Position numbers and translations under genes: made by a program
Part shown: piece after piece, positions 9,230 to 18,499 of the stretch
Numbering within the stretch: the first letter of the stretch is position 1
How the letters are laid out: the number at the start of each line of letters is the position of its first letter
Notes under the pieces: generated by a model
The model's database searches: none
What the model saw: only the letters and a program-made list of their open reading frames with translations
What the model was told of the DNA's origin: nothing
Assembly (NCBI GenBank): GCA_041653635.1
Contig: JBAZFC010000001.1
Coordinates: forward strand, 902,969-966,968
DNA: 64,000 nucleotides
From: Candidatus Micrarchaeia archaeon
Lineage (GTDB): Archaea; Micrarchaeota; Micrarchaeia; Anstonellales; Bilamarchaeaceae
Reading direction: 5' to 3'

Positions 9230-10699
9230 ATGGGGCTGCTTGGAAGGCTGAGGGGTGTGCTGTTCTATGCAGGGATACCCTTGCTGATACCTGCAAGTTA
9301 TGGGTATTATCTGGGGGAAGGGATATGGCAGGTGCTCTTCCTCACCGCGCTCATAATGATGCTTCCGGAAATCCCGCAGCTGGTTGCGGGCGGCTTCCGC
9401 TCCATAACCGGGCTCTTCAAGGGGATTTCCCATTGGATACTCAGGAGGGGCGAAACGGCCTGGGGCGCCGGAGTGATGCTGGAGGAAATGGGAAAGAAGC
9501 TGGATGAGCTCACGCTGGGCGAGGCGCTTGCGCTCACGTCCCTTGCGTGGATAGTGATTCCCGCGATAGGGGCGATTCCCTACATGCATGCGGGGCTGGC
9601 GCCCGTGGATGCGTTCTTTGAGAGCATGAGCGGATGGACATCCACGGGGCTGAGCGTGGTGGACGAGCCGGAAAATCTCCCGCAGAGCCTTCTCCTGTTC
9701 CGCTCCATAACCCAGTGGGTGGGCGGATTGGGGATAATAATCCTGATGCTGGCGGTGCTGAGGGGGAGGGAGGCGAGGACGCTGCTCAAAGCCGAGGGGA
9801 GGGAGACGCTGGGCGCTAGCATATCCAAGACCGTGCGCACATACTGGAAGATTTACCTGGTGCTCAGCATCCTAGGGCTGGCGCTCCTCTACGCACTCGG
9901 GATGGGCCCGTTCAATTCCATGAACCTGATGATGTCCGGGATAAGCAACGGCGGATTCTTCCCCTTCTCCCATTACGATTTCACGGATGCGCAGAAGTTC
10001 GCGCTGGCCGGGCTCATGTTTGCGGGGGCCACCAGCTTCGTGTTTTTTGACCGGGTGAGCCGGGGGCGCATATTCTCTGCGCTGAAGGATGAGGAGCTCA
10101 TCCTGTACGTGCTGCTCACGGCCGTTGCGATTGCGCTGATTGCCTATGTGGGGCAGGAGGACATATACAACAGCATCCTCAACAGCGTGTCGGCGATAGC
10201 GTGCGGAGGGTTTGCGATAGGCGACGTCGCGGTGATGCACGAGTTTTCCAAATACATGATAATACTTCTCATGATTTGCGGGGGGATGTACGGGAGCACC
10301 ACGGGTGCGGTCAAGCTGTGGAGGATACTGGTGGTCGGTAAATCCGTTTCGCACAGGATACGGCAGGCCTTCCTCCCCGCGGGCGCGGTGCAGGCGGTGA
10401 AGGCGAACGGGGTTGCGGTCGGGACCGAGGCGGTCATTGAGAGCGCGGTGTTCATATTCGCATACATGGCATTGCTGCTCTTCGGTGCCGGGGTGTTCAT
10501 AGCCGCCGGGGACGGGATGGTGGATTCCCTCTTCATAACCGCATCCTCAATGGGCAATGTGGGGCTTTCCACATTTACAATATCCGTGATTCCGGCCGCC
10601 CACAAGGCATTTTTAATATTGCTGATGTATCTTGGAAGGATAGAGATATTCCCGAGCCTCGCGCTGGCGAGGTACGTGGTCGGGCTGGTGAAAAGGTGA
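9230..10699 (+). CDS. trkH: Trk/Ktr-type potassium transporter membrane subunit
   Basis: Polytopic ~490-aa protein with 'GWTSTGLS' and 'NGGF'-type selectivity-loop motifs, directly followed by trkA. Start chosen at MGLLGRL; the ORF is open from 9098. Confidence 0.8.
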   Translation: MGLLGRLRGVLFYAGIPLLIPASYGYYLGEGIWQVLFLTALIMMLPEIPQLVAGGFRSITGLFKGISHWILRRGETAWGAGVMLEEMGKKLDELTLGEALALTSLAWIVIPAIGAIPYMHAGLAPVDAFFESMSGWTSTGLSVVDEPENLPQSLLLFRSITQWVGGLGIIILMLAVLRGREARTLLKAEGRETLGASISKTVRTYWKIYLVLSILGLALLYALGMGPFNSMNLMMSGISNGGFFPFSHYDFTDAQKFALAGLMFAGATSFVFFDRVSRGRIFSALKDEELILYVLLTAVAIALIAYVGQEDIYNSILNSVSAIACGGFAIGDVAVMHEFSKYMIILLMICGGMYGSTTGAVKLWRILVVGKSVSHRIRQAFLPAGAVQAVKANGVAVGTEAVIESAVFIFAYMALLLFGAGVFIAAGDGMVDSLFITASSMGNVGLSTFTISVIPAAHKAFLILLMYLGRIEIFPSLALARYVVGLVKR

Positions 10700-10703
10700 A
10701 CTC

Positions 10704-11312
10704 ATGAAGGCTGTGATATTCGGCGCAGGAAGGGTAGGCAGGGCTTTGCTAAACATTCTTGAGAGGCAAAGGCACGCAATAACGGTGGTGGAGGAGAACA
10801 AGGACATCTGCGAGGAGATTGCGGCGGAGAGCAACGCGACCGTGATAAACGGGGACGCGACCACGCCCGAACTGCTGGACGATATCAAGGTCGGCACCAT
10901 GGACCACGTGTTCGCGGTGACCGGGAACGAGGAGACCAACTTCCTGGCCGCGGTCTATTCCAAGCAGGCCGGCGCGAGGAATGTCATCTCCAGGGTGAGC
11001 GAGGCAAAGCACTCCCTGCTCCTGCAGAGGCTCGGGGTGGAGACGGTGATTTCGGAATTCACGCTTGCGCGCGACCTTGCGAACAGGGTTTCCAGCCCCA
11101 CGATATTCAAGCTGCTCAACCCGATTGAAAGCAACGTGGAGCTTGCCGAGAAGGGGGTGGACGGGGGGATGGCCGGGAAGATGGTTGCTGACGTGAACAG
11201 GCACCAAAAATACAACATTGTCGCGATATTCCACGAGGGCAAGTTCCGCGTGCCCGGCGCCGATGCCTTGCTTGAGGAAGGGATGAAACTGATAATCATA
11301 AGGGAAAAGTGA
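10704..11312 (+). CDS. trkA: Trk system NAD-binding subunit (RCK N domain)
   Basis: 'MKAVIFGAGRVGRAL' Rossmann GxGxxG, RCK_N/RCK_C-like layout, 4 nt after trkH. Confidence 0.85.
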   Translation: MKAVIFGAGRVGRALLNILERQRHAITVVEENKDICEEIAAESNATVINGDATTPELLDDIKVGTMDHVFAVTGNEETNFLAAVYSKQAGARNVISRVSEAKHSLLLQRLGVETVISEFTLARDLANRVSSPTIFKLLNPIESNVELAEKGVDGGMAGKMVADVNRHQKYNIVAIFHEGKFRVPGADALLEEGMKLIIIREK

Positions 11313-11324
11313 AGGCGCACCTCA

Positions 11325-13043
11325 TTAAAATTCAAAAATTTTCCTCAAACCCTTAAGGGATAGGCAATTTAGGATGTCCTTCTTTCCGCACCAGCCCTTC
11401 CTCGCGTTGGATACCCCGAATTCCATGTAGCGGAGCTGGGAGGGTGCGTGGGAATCCGTCCCCAAGGTGAATCTTGCCTTTCCTTTTGCGGAAATGAGAT
11501 GCAGGAAATCCAGGTCTATCCTTTCCGGCTGGCAGTTTATCTCAAGGAAGGTGCCCGTCCTTTTCGCGGCATCCACCACTTCCCCGAAATCCATCGCGAC
11601 GGGCTGGCGGGAGCTGATCAGCCGCCCGGTTGGATGGGGGATTATGTCCACGTGCTCGTTCTCCATCGCGGAAATTATGCGCTTAGTCATCATTGCGGAG
11701 GGCTGGGAAAAGTTGGAATGCACGGATGCGAGCACCATGTCCAGGTCCTTGAGGATGGAATTTGGAAGGTCTATTTTCCCATTCTTGAGAATGTTGGTTT
11801 CCACGCCTTTCAAGAGGGTTATGCCTTCTAATTTCTTGTTCAATTTGTCTATTTCCGCCATCTGCTTGCGCAGCCTTTTTTCGTCCAGTCCATTCACGAT
11901 GCGGACTTCTGGCCCCCCATGGTCGGAAATTAGCAAATACTCATAGCCAAGGGATTTTGCGGATTTCGCAAGCACCTCCAAAGAGCCGGAGCCGTCGCCG
12001 CTCCATTCCGAATGGCAGTGCAGGTCGCCGCGCACATCTCCGGGCTCAACGAGGTGGGGAAGCTTTCCTTCCTGCGCCGCGTTTATTTCGCCCATGTTCT
12101 CGCGGAGTTCAGGAGGGATGTAATCCATCCCCAATTTCTTGTAGATGTCGGCCTCGGTCTTTGAAGCCGCAATCCTGTTGCCGGAAAATAATCCATATTC
12201 ACTCAACTTCATCTTCCTGGAAATCGCAATCTTGCGCAGCTCCACATTATGGTCTTTTGAACCCGTGAAATACATCATTGCTGAGCCGAACTCCTCTTCG
12301 GAAAATACGCGCAGGTCCACCTGCAGGCCGGAAGAGAGCCGTATGGAGGATTTCTTCTGCCCTTTTGAGATAATGGATGAGTCCTTGTACATTGAGGTGA
12401 AGAAATCCATTATCTTTTCCGGATAAGTGGAGACGGCAAGGAGGTCCACGTCTCCGACGGTTTCCTTCCTCCTGCGGAAGGAGCCGACCACCTCCAATCT
12501 GCGGAGCTCCTTCAGGGTGCGCAATTTTGCTGTCAGTTCGTCAACGATGGGCACCGCACGCGCAAGGAGCATCCTCTCCCCGCTCGCCTTTGCGAGCCCA
12601 AGCCCGGAAATTATTTTTTCCTCGCTCTTCGCACCGAAGCCTTCAATGCCCCGTATCTTATGCTCTTTCGCCGCCTTCTCCAAGTCCTCTAAATTGCGGA
12701 CTCCAAGCTCCTTGTATAATTTCATTGCTTTCTTGGGGCCGAGCCCTTCCACCTTTCCCAGCGCCTCCAGGTCGATGGGGAATTCCTTCTTGAGCTTTTC
12801 ATAATATTGCAATTTCCCGGTCTTTATGAGCTCCTCAATCTTAGTGGAGATGTGTTCGCCAACTCCTGGGATTTCGCGGAGCGCATCCAGCCCGCCCTTC
12901 TTGTAAATCTCCTCTATTCCCTCGGATAATTCCTCAACCGAGCGTGCGGCGCGCCTGTACGCACGGGGCTTGAACTGCACCTCCTGCAGCTCCAGCATGT
13001 CCGCAATCTCGTAAAGGATGCGGGCGATTTCAAAATTGGACAT
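11325..13043 (-). CDS. polX: family X DNA polymerase with C-terminal PHP phosphoesterase domain
   Basis: HhH motifs ('LREIPGVGEHISTKI','KVEGLGPKKAMKL'), the pol-beta core 'GSFRRRKETVGDVDLL', and the PHP motif 'GDLHCHSEWSGDG...ISDHG'. Confidence 0.9.
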   Translation of the reverse strand: MSNFEIARILYEIADMLELQEVQFKPRAYRRAARSVEELSEGIEEIYKKGGLDALREIPGVGEHISTKIEELIKTGKLQYYEKLKKEFPIDLEALGKVEGLGPKKAMKLYKELGVRNLEDLEKAAKEHKIRGIEGFGAKSEEKIISGLGLAKASGERMLLARAVPIVDELTAKLRTLKELRRLEVVGSFRRRKETVGDVDLLAVSTYPEKIMDFFTSMYKDSSIISKGQKKSSIRLSSGLQVDLRVFSEEEFGSAMMYFTGSKDHNVELRKIAISRKMKLSEYGLFSGNRIAASKTEADIYKKLGMDYIPPELRENMGEINAAQEGKLPHLVEPGDVRGDLHCHSEWSGDGSGSLEVLAKSAKSLGYEYLLISDHGGPEVRIVNGLDEKRLRKQMAEIDKLNKKLEGITLLKGVETNILKNGKIDLPNSILKDLDMVLASVHSNFSQPSAMMTKRIISAMENEHVDIIPHPTGRLISSRQPVAMDFGEVVDAAKRTGTFLEINCQPERIDLDFLHLISAKGKARFTLGTDSHAPSQLRYMEFGVSNARKGWCGKKDILNCLSLKGLRKIFEF

Positions 13044-13207
13044 GATGCCCCACCTGCTTGCAACAGCCCAATTTTGAAAGTTGTGACCGAATGAGACACA
13101 CCACACCCGCTTGCAGCGGGGTCTCTTCGGTCACATTGATTTCCAGGTTCTTCACGTGGATGGATGGGGAGGGAAGGTTAAAATAGATTGGTGCCGGAAG
13201 CGAAGGC

Positions 13208-13765
13208 ATGAAAAATGCAATAATCTTGATTTCATTTGCGCTATTGATTTTTGCGGGGTGCGCACAGCGGGGGGACGGAGGGCAGGTGGGCCTTCCGGGA
13301 AGCACAGGCAGCACGCCTGGAACCGTAAGCGGGGAACCCGAAACAGGTGGGGAGCCGGAAACCGGGAATGGTGGGGGAACCGCCGAGCCCGCAGCCCCTC
13401 CGGAGGAGGAGATAAATGACTCCGCCCTGGAGATGGGGCAGTGGAACCTTACCACTGAAAGTGTGGATATTGTGAATGAGGACGGGCAGAATGCCACGGA
13501 AAAGGATTATTCAGGCATAAGATTTGGTGATTATACCCTCTTGCTTGAGGATTTGGCGCCTCAGGGCAACGAATACTGCGCCCTTGTGCGGATTGTGGGC
13601 ATAGAAGGGGAGAACATAACGGAGTACGACCAGGCGCAGATATGCCCCGGGGACAGCTATTATTGGGTTTCCCCCGAGGACCACCAGTACAGGATTTTTG
13701 TGGTGGAGACCGCCGCGGGCTATTCGCAGGGGAAAATCTGGGCGAACATAATAATTTACGGATAA
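13208..13765 (+). CDS. secreted lipoprotein, function unknown
   Basis: Lipobox 'LIFAGCAQR', a Gly/Glu/Pro/Thr linker with a tandem 'GEPETG' repeat, then a ~110-aa globular domain. Confidence 0.6.
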   Translation: MKNAIILISFALLIFAGCAQRGDGGQVGLPGSTGSTPGTVSGEPETGGEPETGNGGGTAEPAAPPEEEINDSALEMGQWNLTTESVDIVNEDGQNATEKDYSGIRFGDYTLLLEDLAPQGNEYCALVRIVGIEGENITEYDQAQICPGDSYYWVSPEDHQYRIFVVETAAGYSQGKIWANIIIYG

Positions 13766-13922
13766 TAAGATGAATAGATGCCGAAAGGCCCTTCCGATTT
13801 AGGCGAAAAAGCCTTTCAGCGACAAGCATTTGGAGGTAATGCTCGGCAAACCCTCCAATTTTATTTGCAGGGTTGCATTCTTATTACTGCGTTAGGGTTT
13901 ATAAATATACATGTTTAGCCAC

Positions 13923-14174
13923 TTACTTAGACTTTGCCACGAAGTAGGCCGCCGCAGCGAAGAGCGCGGAGAGCATGTTCGCGGCCGCGGGAAACACGGA
14001 ATTGGAGAGGTACGCATCAAAGCCCAGAATCAATGCGCCCAGCGCGTAAAGGGAGATAAAACCGATGTGGAAGCCGTTGGGCTTCCCCTTCTTTGAAACG
14101 AATGCGGAGTATGCCTGGATTATCCAGGCGAGCACTATGAAGCCCAGTCCCACGGTCACGAGCTGTTCTACCAT
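13923..14174 (-). CDS. small 3-TM membrane protein
   Basis: 83-aa hydrophobic ORF. An AT-rich TATA-like stretch (tattatatat) sits ~25 nt upstream of the ATG, suggesting a leaderless mRNA. Confidence 0.5.
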   Translation of the reverse strand: MVEQLVTVGLGFIVLAWIIQAYSAFVSKKGKPNGFHIGFISLYALGALILGFDAYLSNSVFPAAANMLSALFAAAAYFVAKSK

Positions 14175-14204
14175 GGTTGAGCATCGGTGGAGGGATATAT
14201 AATA

Positions 14205-14268
14205 ATATCAGACGACCCTCTTCTCGTCATCGCCCGAAGGCTCGGAAATACCTCTTATCATCACGTGA
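14205..14268 (-). ncRNA. candidate C/D-box sRNA (2'-O-methylation guide)
   Basis: Minus strand reads GTGATGA (C) - 12 nt TAAGAGGTATTT - CCGA (D'-like) - GCCTTCGG - GCGATGA (C'-like) - 15 nt - CTGA (D). It is ~57 nt from C to D. A TATA-like TTTATTAA lies 23 nt upstream of the C box. Confidence 0.4.
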
Positions 14269-14287
14269 GAATAGTACGCTGCGGCGA

Positions 14288-14295
14288 TTAATAAA
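14288..14295 (-). promoter_or_regulatory. TATA-box-like element for candidate sRNA unit 1
   Basis: TTTATTAA on the minus strand, 23 nt upstream of the C box. Confidence 0.35.
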
Positions 14296-14354
14296 CTTAT
14301 CATAAAACGTTGCGTAAGGAGTGCGGGCCAAGGGTTGCAAAGCGAAGTGGAGGG

Positions 14355-14431
14355 GGATCAGAATGAACCCTTAAAATGAGGGGGACGCCTCCCCCGCGTT
14401 TTAGGGAGAAATACCTCTTGTCATCACGTAT
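14355..14431 (-). ncRNA. second, diverged C/D-box-like unit (paralogue of 14205-14268)
   Basis: Minus strand reads GTGATGA + CAAGAGGTATTT (11/12 identical to the unit 1 guide) ... GGGGGAGGCGTCCCCC hairpin ... CTGA. It has the same TTTATTAA element 24 nt upstream. No convincing C'/D' boxes. Confidence 0.25.
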
Positions 14432-14451
14432 GTAGGTTAGCGCGCTGCTGG

Positions 14452-14459
14452 TTAATAAA
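14452..14459 (-). promoter_or_regulatory. TATA-box-like element for candidate sRNA unit 2
   Basis: TTTATTAA on the minus strand, 24 nt upstream of the second GTGATGA. Confidence 0.3.
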
Positions 14460-14490
14460 TCTTTAGAGGGGCGGCAGGGGCAGATGCCAT

Positions 14491-14949
14491 TCAAAGCATT
14501 TCGGAGAATGCGAGGGAAACGAACTCCGGCTTCTCTATCCCCAGCTTTTTCAGGAGCGCCTTCGTCTCCAGAAAACTTCCTTCTATAATGAGGAAGTCGC
14601 CGAGGACCGGAAGGGAGTGTATGCTTACTTTGGAATCCCCATATTGGTAGGAGCGCACCCTTTTCTCAAGCACCTGCACCACCCCGAACTTTTCCGAGAG
14701 CTCCTTTTCCCTCTTTTCCGCATTCTTGAGCGCCTTCACCTGCTTCTTCAGCCCAAATCCCTGCCCCTCCCTGCACAATTTTATGAGGAAGGAGGCTCCC
14801 CTTGTGCGCTTTATCTTCAGGAAGCAGTTCGCCGGCTGAAGGAAATAGGTGTCCTTTTCCTCCCATGTGCCGAGGAATTTGGCGCCAATGAGCTTGAGCC
14901 GGTTCTGTATCACGGACGGCTGGAAAATCCTCACTTTTACCTGTTGCAT
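14491..14949 (-). CDS. CYTH-like (CyaB/ThTPase fold) protein with degenerate ExExK motif
   Basis: 'DTYF','FLKIKR','LEKRVRSYQY....VSIHSLPVLGDFLIIEG' and the C-terminal 'LAFSEML' follow the CyaB-like CYTH pattern. The N-terminus reads VKVRI instead of ExExK. Confidence 0.6.
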   Translation of the reverse strand: MQQVKVRIFQPSVIQNRLKLIGAKFLGTWEEKDTYFLQPANCFLKIKRTRGASFLIKLCREGQGFGLKKQVKALKNAEKREKELSEKFGVVQVLEKRVRSYQYGDSKVSIHSLPVLGDFLIIEGSFLETKALLKKLGIEKPEFVSLAFSEML

Positions 14950-14959
14950 TTTGTGCCTC

Positions 14960-17359
14960 TCATTTTTTCCTGTTAATCCACCAGTGCATGGAATAGGCGC
15001 CCGCGGCGAACGTAAGCGCCCCGAACGCCATGGCCTCGGGAATCACCCACCATGGCAGCGGCAGTTCTCCGGACGCGGATGGCTGCCTTTCCCCAACCAC
15101 GCCTGGAAGGGGTGTCCCGTCCGTGCCTGCGGCTGGAGTTCCCTGGATTGAGATGCACGAGCCGCCCTCACATCCAAAGCCGGGCGCGCAGTCCGCATTA
15201 ATGGTGCATTCTGGCTGCGTGCCGGAAACCGGGGGCTGGGAACCACCGGATGGCTGCTGGCTGCCGGGTTCGGCTCCGGAAACGGGCGGCTGGATGATGG
15301 GTGCCTGCCCGGGCGTTTCCACGCATTCGTTCCCGGCGCATGCGAAGCCCGCGGAACATTCGGAATCAGAGCAGCATTCATACGCGTCGCACTCGTGGTT
15401 GGAGACGATGCCGCAGGCGCATTCCACCGGGGCGCACACGCCCATCCCGCAGTATTCGGAAAGGGCACAGTCCGCATTTGTTTTGCACGCAAGCGTTGCG
15501 GTTTCCTCCTGCGGGCAGGTGGTGTATGCGAAGGCCAGTGGATTATCATAAGTGTAGCCGGAAAGCTCAAAGTATGCGTTGTATGTTCCATTAATGGAGG
15601 CGTTGAAGGTGATGGAGCCATCTGCATCCGTGGTTCCCTCGCCTATTTGCCCTGCGTTCGGCTCCCTGAGGACGATGCGCACATCCACCCCCTCAAGCGG
15701 CTCGCCTCCGTCTGATGCGGATATTATGATTAAATTGCCCGGGCACGCCCTTTCCCATCCCACGTCCATATCCTCATCACCGGGGGAAGGGGGGGCAGAT
15801 GAAGGCGCGCTGGCCGTGAAGGTTACGTTTGAGGAATTCACGTTGCCCGCGGTGTCGTTTGCGAACAGCTCAAGGAAATGCACTCCGTTCCCGGGGCTTA
15901 CGCTTGAATTCAGGCAGCCTGGGAGTGGGACGGCAGCGGAGCCGTCCAGCTCGTACCAGCATGAATCCAGATTAACTTCGGAAACAGTATAATTGAGGCC
16001 TATTGGGATGGAACGGTAGACTATACTTAGCGGGGCCTGAATGCTTATTGACGGAAGGATGGTGTCCAAGTTGAACAGCCCGCTTAAGCCGGTGGAGCAC
16101 TGGCCGAGGACATCGCACGCCTCCACCGCTATCATGTATTCGCCATCCGCAACGCCGACGGGGTCCCACAGGTAGCTGAGGTTGGCGGAGTTGTTCGCGA
16201 TTATCGTGCTGTTGAACGTATCGTCCGAATTGTATAGCGAAATGTTGTAGAAGCTTATTTCGTAGCCGTTGGGCGAGACGGCGGCTGTGTAATTTATGGA
16301 TATGCTGGAGTTATAAGCGGCGTCCTCGGCGGGGGAATAAACCATCGGAGGGTCGGGGAGCAGGCCGGCAAGCTCTATGAGGTCGTAGCGTTCCGCGGAG
16401 CAGTTCCCGCTCCCGTCCCCGGAGCTGTTTGCGCACGCATAATAGCGGAACGTTTCCGAGCCGTCGTACTGGTGGAGGTGCGCATCCACGGTTCCGGAAA
16501 GGTTGCTCCATGCCACGCCCCCGTTCGTGGTGAATTGTATTGCATCATTGCGCGATACGTTTGTGATATAATAGACGTTCCACGAATTCACCCCAAGCCG
16601 CCCCCTCAGCAGGAAGTAGGATATGGGCGTCACCTTCGCGCCGCCAGCGCCCCCGACATTGCCGGATGTCGTATTTATCGTGAACGGGATGACATGGTGC
16701 TTGCTGTATGCGCTGTGCGTGTGGTTGAACGGCTCGGTCCTCGCGAGGTCGTATATCAGGACGCAATTGTTGTTCGTCGCGGGGTTGCCCGTGGCGTAGG
16801 ACGAGTTGCAGTAATACACCCTCAACGTGTTGCTTGCCGTGGTCTGGTTGTCCGCATAAATCTCAAAGAAGGAATAGTTCTTGGCATTTGAAACATTCAG
16901 GAGTTGCACCTTCACATATTCGTCCCCCTCGTCCAAATCGTAGACGGACTTGGGCGTATTGGTCATGTTGTCCTCGTCAAAATTGTAAGTTGCCGGATAG
17001 ACCTCGTCGTTCTGCAGCAGGAACTGCCAGATCTCGGAGGAGTTGCTTATGTTGGCGTCCCCGTTTATGGTCCATCCCGAGCGCGGAGTCCCATTCACAT
17101 ATATGGAAGTATCCAAGGTTGAGGAGTTCGTCTTGTAATTTAGCCCGACTGAGGATGGATTTATGCCCAGGGGGTCGGTAATATTGTAGGTTATGTTTAG
17201 GGGGGCGTTGAACACGTTAAACGTGTCTATGTCGGTTGGAGTCTGGTTTACGAAATGTATTGCCGGCACGGCCATCGCATGAGGCAGGAGGGACGAAAAG
17301 AGGAGGAGCACAGCTATGGATAAGGATGCACCTGCCCTTCCGCAACGGAAACCCACCAT
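14960..17359 (-). CDS. large cell-surface glycoprotein-like protein (S-layer/adhesin candidate) with Cys-knot stalk and C-terminal TM anchor
   Basis: 799 aa. Signal peptide, dozens of N-x-S/T sequons, C-terminal 'CKTNADCALSEYCGMGVC' and 'CTINADCAPGFGCEGGSC' modules, and a final TM helix plus 'NRKK'. Confidence 0.75.
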   Translation of the reverse strand: MVGFRCGRAGASLSIAVLLLFSSLLPHAMAVPAIHFVNQTPTDIDTFNVFNAPLNITYNITDPLGINPSSVGLNYKTNSSTLDTSIYVNGTPRSGWTINGDANISNSSEIWQFLLQNDEVYPATYNFDEDNMTNTPKSVYDLDEGDEYVKVQLLNVSNAKNYSFFEIYADNQTTASNTLRVYYCNSSYATGNPATNNNCVLIYDLARTEPFNHTHSAYSKHHVIPFTINTTSGNVGGAGGAKVTPISYFLLRGRLGVNSWNVYYITNVSRNDAIQFTTNGGVAWSNLSGTVDAHLHQYDGSETFRYYACANSSGDGSGNCSAERYDLIELAGLLPDPPMVYSPAEDAAYNSSISINYTAAVSPNGYEISFYNISLYNSDDTFNSTIIANNSANLSYLWDPVGVADGEYMIAVEACDVLGQCSTGLSGLFNLDTILPSISIQAPLSIVYRSIPIGLNYTVSEVNLDSCWYELDGSAAVPLPGCLNSSVSPGNGVHFLELFANDTAGNVNSSNVTFTASAPSSAPPSPGDEDMDVGWERACPGNLIIISASDGGEPLEGVDVRIVLREPNAGQIGEGTTDADGSITFNASINGTYNAYFELSGYTYDNPLAFAYTTCPQEETATLACKTNADCALSEYCGMGVCAPVECACGIVSNHECDAYECCSDSECSAGFACAGNECVETPGQAPIIQPPVSGAEPGSQQPSGGSQPPVSGTQPECTINADCAPGFGCEGGSCISIQGTPAAGTDGTPLPGVVGERQPSASGELPLPWWVIPEAMAFGALTFAAGAYSMHWWINRKK

Positions 17360-17427
17360 ACGCCCAAGGTTCCGAAATAACCTTATTAAAGGTTCTCTAT
17401 AAGATGAGGACGTTAGGGGGAATCAAA

Positions 17428-18312
17428 ATGTTCATCACCGTGATATCCGACAGTGCGGAGAAGAGGAAGGAGATTTGCAAGGCGCTCGGAAAAGAAACAG
17501 GGCAGGACGACATCAGCTTCTATTCCATAAATTACGGGGGGAAGATAAAGACGATAATAGAGCCCACGCTTTATCCTGCGAAGGTGCAGCCCCTTGTGTA
17601 TAGTATATATGCGGCGGACCTGGTCGTGCTTGCCGTGGATGCGCTGAACCAGTTCGTGGGGGAGATAATTGTCGCGCTGGAGGCTGCGAAGAAGGAGCGC
17701 GGGGTTTTGATTAGCTCAGTTCCGCTGCCTGTGAAGGGGACGGTGCTGGAAAAGTATGAGAAGTTCGCGACTTTTGAGGAGGCAAGGGAAAAGATATTGA
17801 ATGCGGATGTGGAGGCGAGCGGCGAGAGCGAGCTGTTCGCGCTCGTGGACAAGGCCTTCACGGTGAAGAGCGTGGGAAGCGTCGCCCTCGGACTGGTCAA
17901 GGAGGGCGGAATGAAGAAGCATGATAAGCTTCTATTCTTCCCCGGAAAGAAGAATGTGGAAGTGAAGAGCATCCAGCTCAATGATAAGGATGCGGAGGAG
18001 TGCGGGGAGGGCTCGCGCTTCGGCATTTCCTACAAGGGGGATGAAATAGAAAGGGGGCAGCTCATGAGCTTCCGCGCGGAGAACAAGGTGGATGCCTCGG
18101 TCATAGGGCGGTTTGAGAAGAGCCCGTTCTTCAAGGACGACCTCAACAGGAAAGTGCACGCGTGCCTTAATTTCCAATTCCTTGAGTGCAGGGTTTCGGA
18201 CGCGGAATTGAAATGCGATACTCCGCTCTCTTTCCGGAGCCATGACAGGATAATTGTGCTTGACCCGAGCAACCAGAAATTGAGGGTTGTGGGAGCGTTC
18301 GTGGCGCAGTGA
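17428..18312 (+). CDS. EF-Tu/SelB-like protein with degenerate GTPase domain
   Basis: EF-Tu domain II pattern 'LVDKAFTVKSVGSVALGLVKEGGMKKHDKLLFFPG..VEVKSIQ......ECGEGSRFGISYKG'. The N-terminal region lacks GxxxxGK[ST]. The ATG is preceded by AGGGGG at a 7-nt spacing. Confidence 0.5.
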   Translation: MFITVISDSAEKRKEICKALGKETGQDDISFYSINYGGKIKTIIEPTLYPAKVQPLVYSIYAADLVVLAVDALNQFVGEIIVALEAAKKERGVLISSVPLPVKGTVLEKYEKFATFEEAREKILNADVEASGESELFALVDKAFTVKSVGSVALGLVKEGGMKKHDKLLFFPGKKNVEVKSIQLNDKDAEECGEGSRFGISYKGDEIERGQLMSFRAENKVDASVIGRFEKSPFFKDDLNRKVHACLNFQFLECRVSDAELKCDTPLSFRSHDRIIVLDPSNQKLRVVGAFVAQ

Positions 18313-18316
18313 ATAA

Positions 18317-18499
18317 TCAGAGGCGCCTGCTTTTCAGAACATTCACGCCGGAGCAATTGGGGCACACGAGCTTCCCTGCGAACATCTCGTGCGTGTTCCT
18401 GAGATAAGGGAAATTGCGGAGCGGGTCCGGCCTGTTGCCCGCGCTGACGGAATGCCCGCATTCCGGGCAGCATGCCGCGTACCTCTTCACGGGCCTCAT
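18317..18499 (-). CDS. small zinc-ribbon protein
   Basis: 60 aa with 'CPECG' ... 'CPNC' Cys pairs. Confidence 0.4.
   Translation of the reverse strand: MRPVKRYAACCPECGHSVSAGNRPDPLRNFPYLRNTHEMFAGKLVCPNCSGVNVLKSRRL

Noticed and set aside
14751-14785. Sequence CAAATCCCTGCCCCTCCCTGCACAATTTT, which resembles the 3' end of tRNA-Leu (CAAATCCTGCCCCCTGCAACTTTTT) and could be an att-like duplication
   Set aside because: The match needs three gaps and lies inside the well-supported CYTH coding frame (..LCREGQGFGL..). No integrase or other island hallmarks lie between the two sites. It is probably coincidence.
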